Assembly: GCF_964355755.1 (NCBI RefSeq)
Contig: NC_092671.1
Location: 26,858,070-26,922,069 of the forward strand
DNA length: 64,000 nucleotides
Source: Antedon mediterranea
Lineage: Eukaryota; Animalia; Echinodermata
Reading direction: 5' to 3'
Shown: positions 15,401-27,400 of the stretch, piece after piece
How the letters are laid out: the number at the start of each line of letters is the position of its first letter
Numbering within the stretch: the stretch's first letter is position 1
The notes under the pieces: model-generated
The model's input: the letters and a program-made list of their open reading frames with translations, nothing else
The model's database searches: none
What the model was told of the DNA's origin: nothing
Made by a program: the position numbers and the translations under genes

Positions 15401-18400
15401 TGAAATAAATATTAAAATGTTACCTGTTGTTCCTGTTTCCATTACACCAGTGCTATATTTTAGAGTTTCATTTATTCCCATTCTTGTCTTGACAATAACA
15501 GTCACAGTTGTATCGGGATCCACATCTTCAATAACATAGTCATAAGTAGTTTTTTCAATCATGTCAATTTCTACAGCTTCACCACTATTCACTGTATAAC
15601 TTAAGTAATAAGCTCCAAAAATGAGTTCAAGACCTCCTGCTACTTCTGGTTCAGTCCAACGGACAGTCAGTGATGTTAGGGTAGTATTAACAATTTCTAA
15701 AGATGAAACTGGGTTTGGACCTATAAATAAAAACAGCAACAAAAATTACAATCAAAATATAATTTTACAACAATACTCTAAAAATACATGTCTCAACAAA
15801 ATAGAAAAACATAATCAACTTACTTGTTCTTTGCAGTACAAATGATCCTACAGCAGTGATGTTACCTCTTACAGAGATGTTATACAACTGACCTGGTGTC
15901 AAACCAGTAAACTCATATTGTCTGTCTCCAGTATACTCAATAAGCTGACTATTATCACCAGAGTCTGGTACTATTTCCAACAAGTAACTGCTCTCACCAC
16001 TGATCTCACCCCAAGTAATGCCAATAGTTTCATTTGTACAATACTCTACTAGGATTTCACCACTTTCAACGTCATCTTTGATAAATAATAATTATAATAT
16101 AACTGATTATACAAGTTTTTTCAGTTAAAATAGTGACAATTTGTGTATCTTTCTAGGTGAAACACAATTATAATCTTAAAGTTTTTTTCAATGACAAAAA
16201 CATAAGAAACTTAAATAAAATAACAAGCATTACCTGTATCTATAGAAGTCATTAAACTTTCCCTGCTTATTCTTTGATACTGGCCTTCTCCTGAAACAGA
16301 ACGGACTTCAAATGTGTAGCTAGTTCCTGGTATAAGTCCTTCTAAATTCAGGTTTGTATCAATAACATCAACAGGAGATGGTGTTGTACCATGAGAAGGT
16401 TCATAAGTGAGTCTAAAAAAGCTCTTTACTATATTGCTATTTATATTCCAACTAATATAAATACTGGTTTCACTTCCAACATGAAATCCTAAAGTAGATG
16501 GACCTTCTGGGTCTGTAAATTGTTAAAATAAAGTGTGAAACGTTTGTAACATATCTCCAGGTAAGACTTTTAAAAAAGTTCACATTTTACAATTGATTAT
16601 TGTCAATATTATTGTTTAAAACTAAACTCCATAATTTCACTAATATACAAATAATGAATTGTATATATTGGATGGCGGAGAATATGTCATAGGTTGAAAG
16701 ATTGACTGCTATTATTTAACGAGGCGGAACCGAGGTAAATATATAGAAGTCAATTTTTATTTAGCTGAGTTACAACATGAGGTAATGAGCTTCAACACAA
16801 ACATAACTTACATGTTCTTGTCATAGTTTGCAAAATGTTAACATTTCCATTTTCCAAAAAAATTTCAACTTCAATTGTATAAAGTTCTCCTGGAACAAGT
16901 TCTGTCAATTCTCTCAAAGCTGATGGAGAGCTGGTGACATTCTGGAATATGGTAAGACTTCTGCTGTTGTCACTTGTTGGGAAAACAGATATATTATATC
17001 CTAATGCAAATGGAACCTCAGCCCAAAGAATTTCAATATTTCTTTCACCAACACTCCTCACAAATATTGTGTCATTAGCAATTGCATCTGAAAATACAAC
17101 AGACAACATTAATGTAATAAACCTTAGTCAAAGTATTTAAAAGTGGTCACAGAGTTTGAAACGTGTAGCCTTGTATCACCAATTTAAATTTAAACAAATT
17201 GAAAATACGAAAAAGAGAAAAACCTATCATAGACTACTTTACTGGAGAATAAAAAAATTGCAATAGAAATTAATTATTCATTAATAAATGTGTATCTATA
17301 TTTTAGCTGATGAAATAAATATTAAAATGTTACCTGTTGTTCCTGTTTCCATTACACCAGTGCTATATTTTAGAGTTTCATTTATTCCCATTCTTGTCTT
17401 GACAATAACAGTCACAGTTGTATCGGGATCCACATCTTCAATAACATAGTCATAAGTAGTTTTTTCAATCATGTCAATTTCTACAGCTTCACCACTATTC
17501 ACTGTATAACTTAAGTAATAAGCTCCAAAAATGAGTTCAAGACCTCCTGCTACTTCTGGTTCAGTCCAACGGACAGTCAGTGATGTTAGGGTAGTATTAA
17601 CAATTTCTAAAGATGAAACTGGGTTTGGACCTATAAATAAAAACAGCAACAAAAATTACAATCAAAATATAATTTTACAACAATACTCTAAAAATACATG
17701 TCTCAACAAAATAGAAAAACATAATTAACTTACTTGTTCTTTGCAGTACGAATGATCCTACAGCAGAGATGTTACCTCTTACAGAGATGTTATACAACTG
17801 ACCTGGTGTCAAACCAGTAAACTCATATTGTCTGTCTCCAGTATACTCAATAAGCTGACTATTATCACCAGAGTCTGGTACTATTTTCAACAAGTAACTG
17901 CTCTCACCACTGATCTCACCCCAAGTAATGCCAATAGTTTCATTTGTACAATACTCTACTAGGATTTCACCACTTTCAACGTCATCTTTGATAAATAATA
18001 ATTATAATATAACTGATTATACAAGTTTTTTCAGTTAAAATAGTGACAATTTGTGTATCTTTCTAGGTGAAACACAATTATAATCGTAAAGTTTTTTTCA
18101 ATGACAAAAACATAAGAAACTTAAATAAAATAACAAGCATTACCTGTATCTATAGAAGTCATTAAACTTTCCCTGCTTATTCTTTGATACTGGCCTTCTC
18201 CTGAAACAGTACGGACTTCAAATGTGTAGCTAGTTCCTGGTATAAGTCCTTCTAAATTCAGGTTTGTATCAATAACATCAACGGGAGATGGTGTTGTACC
18301 ATGAGAAGGTTCATAAGTGAGTCTAAAAAAGCTCTTTACTATATTGCTATTTATATTCCAACTAATATAAATACTGGTTTCGCTTCCAACATGAAATCCT

Positions 18401-21400
18401 AAAGTAGATGGACCTTCTGGGTCTGTAAATTGATAAAATAAAGTGTGAAACGTTTGTAACATATCTCCAGGTAAGACTTTTAAAAAAGTTCACATTTTAC
18501 AATTGATTATTGTCAATATTATTGTTTAAAACTAAACTCCATAATTTCACTAATATACAAATAATGAATTGTATATATTGGATGGCGGAGAATATGTCAT
18601 AGGTTGAAAGATTGACTGCTATTATTTAACGAGGCGGAACTGAGGTAAATATATAGAAGTCAATTTTTATTTAGCTGAGTTACAACATGAGGTAATGAGC
18701 TTTAACACAAACATAACTTACATGTTCTTGTCATAGTTTGCAAAATGTAAGAATTTCCATTTTCCAAATAAATTTCAACTTCAATTGTATAAAGTTCTCC
18801 TGGAACAAGTTCTGTCAATTCTTTCAAAGCTGATGGAGAGCTGGTGACATTCTGGAATATGGTAAGACTTCTGCTGTTGTCACTTGTTGGGAAAACAGAT
18901 ATATTATATCCTAATGCAAATGGAACCTCAGCCCAAAGAATTTCAATATTTCTTTCACCAACACTCCTCACAAATATTGTGTCATTAGCAATTGCATCTG
19001 AAAATACAACAGACAACATTAATGTAATAAACCTTAGTCAAAGTATTTAAAAGTGGTCACAGAGTTTGAAACGTGTAGCCTTGTATCACCAATTTAAATT
19101 TAAACAAATTGAAAATACGAAAAAGAGAAAAACCTATCATAGACTACTTTACTGGAGAATAAAAAAATTGCAATAGAAATTAATTATTCATTAATAAATG
19201 TGTATCTATATTTTAGCTGATGAAATAAATATTAAAATGTTACCTGTTGTTCCTGTTTCCATTACACCAGTGCTATATTTTAGAGTTTCGTTTATTCCCA
19301 TTCTTGTCTTGACAATAACAGTCACAGTTGTATCGGGATCCACATCTTCAATAACATATTCAGAAGTAGTTTTTTCAATCATGTCAATTTCTACAGGTTC
19401 ACCACTATTCACTGTATAACTTAAGTAATAAGCTCCAAAAATGAGTTCAAGACCTCCTGCTACTTCTGGTTCAGTCCAACGGAGAGTCAGTGATGTTAGG
19501 GTAGTATTAACAATTTCTAAAGATGAAACTGGGTTTGGACCTATAAATAAAAACAGCAACAAAATTTAATATCAAAATATAATTTTACAACAATACTCTA
19601 AAAATACATGTCTCAACAAAATAGAAAAACACAATCAACTTACTTGTTCTTTGCAGTACGAATGATCCTACAGCAGTGATGTTACCTCTTACAGAGATGT
19701 TATACAACTGACCTGGTGTCAAACCAGTAAACTCATATTGTCTGTCTCCAGTATACTCAATAAGCTGACTATTATCACCAGAGTCTGGTACTATTTCCAA
19801 CAAGTAACTGCTCTCACCACTGATCTCACCCCAAGTAATGCCAATAGTTTCATTTGTACAATACTCTACTAGGATTTCACCACTTTCAACGTCATCTTTG
19901 ATAAATAATAATTATAATATAACTGATTATACAAGTTTTTTCAGTTAAAATAGTGACAATTTGTGTATCTTTCTAGGTGAAACACAATTATAATCTTAAA
20001 GTTTTTTTCAATGACAAAAACATAAGAAACTTAAATAAAATAACAAGCATTACCTGTATCTATAGAAGTCATTAAACTTTCCCTGCTTATTCTTTGATAC
20101 TGGCCTTCTCCTGAAACAGTACGGACTTCAAATGTGTAGCTAGTTCCTGGTATAAGTCCTTCTAAATTCAGGTTTGTATCAATAACATCAACGGGAGATG
20201 GTGTTGTACCATGAGAAGGTTCATAAGTGAGTCTAAAAAAGCTCTTTACTATATTGCTATTTATATTCCAACTAATATAAATACTGGTTTCGCTTCCAAC
20301 ATGAAATCCTAAAGTAGATGGACCTTCTGGGTCTGTAAATTGTTAAAATAAAGTGTGAAACGTTTGTAACATATCTCCAGGTAAGACTTTTAAAAAGAAT
20401 TCACATTTTACAATTAATTATGGTCAATATTATTGTTTAAAACTAAACTCCATAATTTCACTAATATACAAATGATGAATTGTATATGTTGGATGGCGGA
20501 GAATATGTCATGGGTTGAAAGATTGACTGCTATTATTTAACGAGGCGGAACCGAGGTAAATATATAGAAGTCAATTTTTATTTAGTTGAGTTACAACATG
20601 AGGCAATGAGCTTTAACACAAACATAACTTACATGTTCTTGTCATAGTTTGCAAAATGTAAGAATCTCCATTTTCCAAATAAATTTCAACTTCAATTGTA
20701 TGAAGTTCTCCTGGAACAAGTTCTGTCAATTCTCTCAAAGCTGATGGAGAGCTGGTAACATTCTGGAATATGGTAACACTTCTGCTGTTGTCACTTGTTG
20801 GGAAAACAGATATATTATATCCTAATGCAAATGGAACCTCAGCCCAAAGAATTTCAATACTTCTTTCACCAACACTCCTCACAAATATTGTGTCATTAGC
20901 AATTGCATCTGAAAATACAACGGACAACATTAATGTAATAAACATTATTCGAAGTATTTAAAAGTGGTCACAGAGTTTGAAACGTGTAGCCTTGTATCAC
21001 CGATTCAAATTAAATTGAAAATACACAAGAAAAATCTATCATAGAATACTTTACAGGAGAACAAAAAAATTTCCATAAAAAATAATTATTCATTAATAAA
21101 TGTGTATCTATATTTTAGCTGATGAAATAAATATTAAAATGTTACCTGTTGTTCCTGTTTCCATTACACCAGTGCTATATTTTAGAGTTTCATTCATTCC
21201 CATTCTTGTCTTGACAATAACAGTCACAGTTGAATCGGGATCCAAATCTTCAATAACATAGTAATAGTTACTTTTTTCAATAAAGTCAATTTCTACAGGT
21301 TCACCACTATTCACTGTATAACTTAAGTAATAAGCTCCAAAAATGAGTTCAAGACCTCCTGCTACTTCTGGTTCAGTCCAACGAACAGTCAGTGATATTA

Positions 21401-24400
21401 GGGTAGTATTAACAATTTCCAGAGATGAGACTGGGTTTGGACCTACAAATAAAAACATCAAATAAAATTATAATCAAAATAAAATTTTACAATCAAAATA
21501 TAATTTTACAAAAAAATCAAAGTCTAAAAATTTAGAAAAACACAATCAACTTACTTGTTCTTTGCAGTACGAATGATCCTACAGCAGTGATGTTACCTCT
21601 TACAGAGATGTTATACAACTGACCTGGTGTCAAACCAGTAAACTCATATTGTCTGTCTCCAGTATACTCAATAAGCTGACTATTATTACCAGAGTCTGGT
21701 ACTATTTCCAACAAGTAACTGCTCTCACCACTGATCTCACCCCATGTAATGCCAATAGTTTCATTTGTACAATACTCTACTAGGATTTCACCACTTTCAA
21801 CGTTATCTTTGATAAATAATAATTATAATATAACTGATTAATACAATTTTTTTCAGTTACAATAGTGACAATTTGTGTATATTTCTAAGTGAAACACAAT
21901 TATAATATTAAAATGTTTTTTCAATTACAAAAATATAAATAACGCAAATAAAAAGCATTACCTGTATCTATGGAAGTCATTAAACTTTCCCTGCTTATTA
22001 TTTGATACTGGCCTTCACCTGAAACAGTACGGACTTCAAATGTGTAGCTAGTTCCTGGTATAAGTCCTTCTAAATTCAGGTTTGTATCAATAACATCAAC
22101 AGGAGATGGTGTTGTACCATGAGAAGGTTCATAAGTGAGTCTAAAAAAGCTCTTTACTATATTGCTATTTATATTCCAACTAATATAAATACTGGTTTCA
22201 CTTCCAAAGTGAAATCCTAAAGTAGATGGACCTTCTGGGTCTGTAAATTGACAAAAAAAGTGTGGAGATGATTGTAACATATCTCCAGGTAAGACTTTTA
22301 AAAAAGTTCACATTTTACAATTGATTATGGACAATATTATTGTTTAAAACTAAACTCTATAATTTCACTAATATACAAATAATGAATTGTATATGTTGGA
22401 TGGCGGAGAATATGTCATTGGTTGAAAGATTGACTGCTATTATTTAACAAGGCAGAACTGAGGTATTTATATAGAAGTCAATTTTATTTAGCTGAGTTAC
22501 AACATGAGGTAATGAGCTTCAACACAAACATAACTTACATGTTCTTGTCATAGTTTGCAAAATGTAAGAATTTCCATTTTCCAAATAAATTTCAACTTCA
22601 ATTGTATAAAGTTCTCCTGGAACAAGTTCTGTCAATTCTCTCAAAGCGGATGGAGAGCTGCTGACATTCTGGAATATGGTAACACTTCTGGTGTTGTCAC
22701 TTGTTGGGAAAACAGATATATTATATCCTAATGCAAATGAAACCTCAGCCCAAAGAATTTCAATACTTCTTTCACCAACACTCCTCACAAATATTGTGTC
22801 ATTAGCAATTGCATCTGAAAAAACAGCAGACAACAATAATGTAATAAACATTAACCAAAATATTTAAAAGTGACCACAGAGTTTGAAACTTCTAGCCTAT
22901 GATCACCAGCTCAAACTGTTGCATATCTAATATTTAAAAAAATGTCCTACTTATTCTAATTCATTATTTACTAATGGAATCAGGGGCAGAGCTCAAAGGG
23001 CTTTACCAGAACCACACCCGTAGATGGCCAGAAATGATACTTTCGCACATCAAGTTAATGGCACCTCTAATTGGCCGTAAATGACACTTCTAATTGTTTT
23101 TTAGCCCGCTAGGCATCACCAAAACGAACCTTCTTTTGATAAAAAACACACATGGCTGTTCTGGAACCTATTTTTTGGGTAGCAAAACAAATATTTGTCA
23201 CGAAAATTGTTTTGATGCTGACAATTTTTTACAACATGGACAAAATATGGGTTCTTCTTACAATTACTCAACTACATTTTCTGCCAAAATTTTTTATTCA
23301 ATATCACCTTGCAATTCCCATCTTAGAATACTTCAATTTTTTATGCTGGCCCCAAATTATGGCAATTTATTTCCAACAAGTAGTAACCGCACAGTCTTTT
23401 TCTGCCTTACGTGGTTATATACTTTGAATGGGCAAGTATAAGGAAAGCGCACTCTCATAAAAGTACTTTGACAAATTATTTAAAAAAAATTGTATCAAGA
23501 ATAAAATTCGGAGCTACTTTATTTATTTACGGCCAATGATTTTGGTATACACTATCCCTTCACTTTGAAATACATGTAGACCAAAAAATGAAAGCAATAC
23601 TGGATATGGAACTTTAGACTTTACTTTTCACTGACATGTTGTGAAAATAAAATACGCTAAAAAATAAATTTTGCTGTGTGAATTAGATGATGCACAAAAG
23701 AAAACGAAAGAATAAAATGCCAAACTATATTATTTTATTTGATACAATTGTTAAGTTGTATTCATGTTCAAAAATATATAAAACCATTTGGAATCATTTT
23801 GTTTGTGTGTGTTCATTTTTATTCATTTGCATTTTATGTTTATTTCAATGGTTTTGATATTTTGCAATTTTTTTGTGTGGGAGATTTGTTAGCTAGTATT
23901 TGCTACCTCTGTAATTACATTGTGGTCTGGCAGTAACCCGTTCTCCTGCTCCGTCTTGTCTACCTTAATAATAATTTGCATGAGATGATTAAGTATAAAA
24001 GCGCAATAGTGGATATTGGATATGAAAGTGACAATGTGCATGAGAGGTGCACGTTGAAGTATGTCAATCAGTCGGCAGATTAAAACATTTTAATGAATGA
24101 AGTTATAGAATAATAAAACTACAGCTGCTTACGGACACAAAAAGTGCACAACTCGAAATTAAATTATGCGCTTGGACAAAACCTTTTCAATTTTGGGTGT
24201 ATTTTTCGTTGATATCTGATATTTTGTGGAAACATGACAACCATTTGGATTCGTGTTATTTGTGTGTTTGTGTTTTTTTTTTTCATTTACATTTAAAAAA
24301 AATTTGAACAGGTTTTTATATTTTGCATTTATTGTGTGAGGTTTGGTATCTTTTTTACTACTTTTGTAATTACATTGTGGTCTAGTTTTTATTTTTTGGT

Positions 24401-27400
24401 TTAAGCGGTGATACTTATTATTTAAACATATCGCGGATTCGAACTCGAACCTACTAAGCATTGATATCAATGGTCACTGCGTTTACTCACTGAGCCAAAC
24501 CCTCAATAAACATCAATGTGTCAAATGTGAACATGTACCATTCATCAGCTTTGGTGGAGATACATAAAATTATGCAAAAAATTGAGTAGCTTTAATATAT
24601 AGATTTAAATTTAGATAAAATATATCTGAATAGCTTTAAGCATACGTTTAAACTGTCTCTTTTACATGATGATTTATTCATTGCTTTTATTATTATTGTT
24701 AATATTTATTATTTTCAAAGGATGCTTATTAGCTTTAAGATCTGTTAGACAAGTTCTATTTCCTCTGAAATATGGTGTAAGAAGCATTTTTGGGTAGAAG
24801 CTGGGATCCACTTGATTTAGGATATTTCGACCTCACTGATTACGAATATGGCGGATCCCAAGCAAAATTCGGCCATCTAAGCCCTTAATTTGCACAATTA
24901 AAATGGCGGCCATTTTTTATAATTACCCTATATCTCGAGAACCACTAGTCACAGATAATTAATTTTGGTCTCAAAATGTTTTAAATATATGTTTTTATAT
25001 TCACTTTAATGACACATTTTCTCAAAAAATGGATACAAGTCTTATTTCTAAAATTTTGACCTTTGACCTTTATTTATCGTATCTCAGTAACCAATAATCG
25101 GAGAGACACGAAATAGGGCTCAAATTGTTCAGAAACTATACATTCATATTTATTATAATGAAATGTTTTTTAAAAAAATGGCCGATTCTACAACTATTGA
25201 CCTTTGAACTATTAGTCAAATATAATAATAATATAACTTTGAAAATTGTGGTCTTATGAATTTTTTTTTCTTTTTAAATTGTTTAAAACATGTGTGTTTC
25301 TATCCAGTCTAATGGCACATTTTGTACAAGAATGGCCGATAGTATGGTTATTGACCTTTAAACTACAGCATAGGCCTACTGTATACTAAATATAATATAA
25401 TTGCATAACTATGAAATTATTTATACACAATAATAATTAGTAAAATTCACTGCCATCAAATATGATGTGTTATGATTTATATAGATTTTAAAAAAAATTT
25501 GAACACGCAAGTTACATTTGTTGAAATTTGAAATTTGAAATTACCTGCCATCAATATGATGGAGTATGATTATAGATTTTTTTAAATGTGAACATGTCAA
25601 CTACATTTGGAAATTACCTGCTATCAATATGATGGATTATGATTATAGATTTAAAAAAGAATTTGAACATGTAAGCTACATTTGAAAATTACCTGCCATC
25701 AATATGATGGATTATGATTATAGATTTAAAAAAGAATTTGAACACGTCAGCTACATTTGGAAATTTTGACATTACCTGCCATCAATATGATGGATTATGA
25801 TTGTATAGTACCTGCCATCAATATGATGGATTATGATAATAGATTTAAAAAAGAATTTGAACACGTCAGCTACATTTGAAAATTTGGAAATTACCTGCCA
25901 TCAATATGATGGATTATGATTGTATAGGTTTGAAAGAAAATGTGAACACGTATAGCTACATTTGGAATGAACATGTTAAGGGCATTAGTTTTGGTCATTC
26001 ATGCAAAGGTTTCCGTCATCTTTGTTAGCGTTGTTACAGCAGCATAAAGCTGTACATGGTAGTTTTGACTTCTTGCACCTACATCTATATGGTTATGCAT
26101 CGTGTCTTGCATCCACAATAAATCATCTCTAACGAAGCAGTAGGAATAGCTTCATTTTTCAGAAGCACTGGTTGAAGTTTACCATTAGATAGCTCCCAAC
26201 CAAAATCTGTTGGTGATGGCAAATGCTGGATTGGCGATACAGCTTTTTTCAATACGAGTGCTTGGAAGTGTGCTCTTTTTATATGCTGGTGCACCATAAC
26301 CAATAGATGTAGGTGCAAGAAGTCAAAACTACCATGTAGAGCTTTATGCCGCTGTAACAACGCTAAAGATGACGGAAACCTTTGCATGAATGATCTTAAA
26401 CTGATGCCCTTAACATGTTCATTCCAAATGTAGCTTACGTGTTCACATTTTCTTTTAAATCTATACAATCATAATCCATCATATTGATGGCAGGTAATTT
26501 TCAAATGTAGCTTACGTGTTCAAATTCTTTTTTAAATCTATAATCATAATCCATCATATTGATGGCAGGTAATTTCCAAATTTCCAAATGTAGCTGATGT
26601 GTTCAAATTCTTTTTTAAATCTATTATCATAATCCATCATATTGATGGCAGGTAATTTTCAAATGTAGACTTGTTCAAATTCTTTTTGAAATCTATGTTC
26701 ATAATCCATCATATTGATGGCAGGTAATTTCCAAATGTAGCTGACATGTTCACATTTTTTAAAATCTATAATCATACTCCATCATATTGATGGCAGGTAA
26801 TTTCAAATTTCAAATTTCAACAAATGTAACTTGCGTGTTCAAATTTTTTTTAAATCTATATAAATCATAACACATCATATTTGATGGCAGTGAATTTTAT
26901 AATTTTACTAATTATTATTGTGTATAAATAATGTCATAGTTATGCAATTATATTATATTTAGTATACAGTAGGCCTATGCTGTAGTTTAAAGGTCAATAA
27001 CCATACTATCGGCCATTCTTGTACAAAATGTGCCATTAGACTGGATAGAAACACACATGTTTTAAACAATTTAAAAAGAAAAAAAAATTCATAAGACCAC
27101 AATTTTCAAAGTTATATTATTATTATATTATTATATTTGACTAATAGTTCAAAGGTCAATAGTTGTAGAATCGGCCATTTTTTGTCAAAACATTTCATTA
27201 TAATAAATATGAATGTATAGTTTCTGAACAATTTGAGCCCTATTTCGTGTCTCTCCGTTAATGAGATACGATAAATAAAGGTCAAAGGTCAAAATGTCAG
27301 AAATAAGACTTGCATCCATTTTTTGAGAAAATGTGTTATTAAAGTGAATATAAAAACATATATTTAAAACATTTTGAGACCAAAATTAATTATCTGTGAC

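Noticed and set aside
4697-22867. Repeated plus-strand ORFs (MTFWNMV..., MSSRP...)
   Set aside because: Antisense shadows of FN3 exons A and B; they recur only because the unit is duplicated
26085-26468. 127-aa ORF as a real gene
   Set aside because: Chimera of antisense arm sequence and a transposase fragment, created by the inversion
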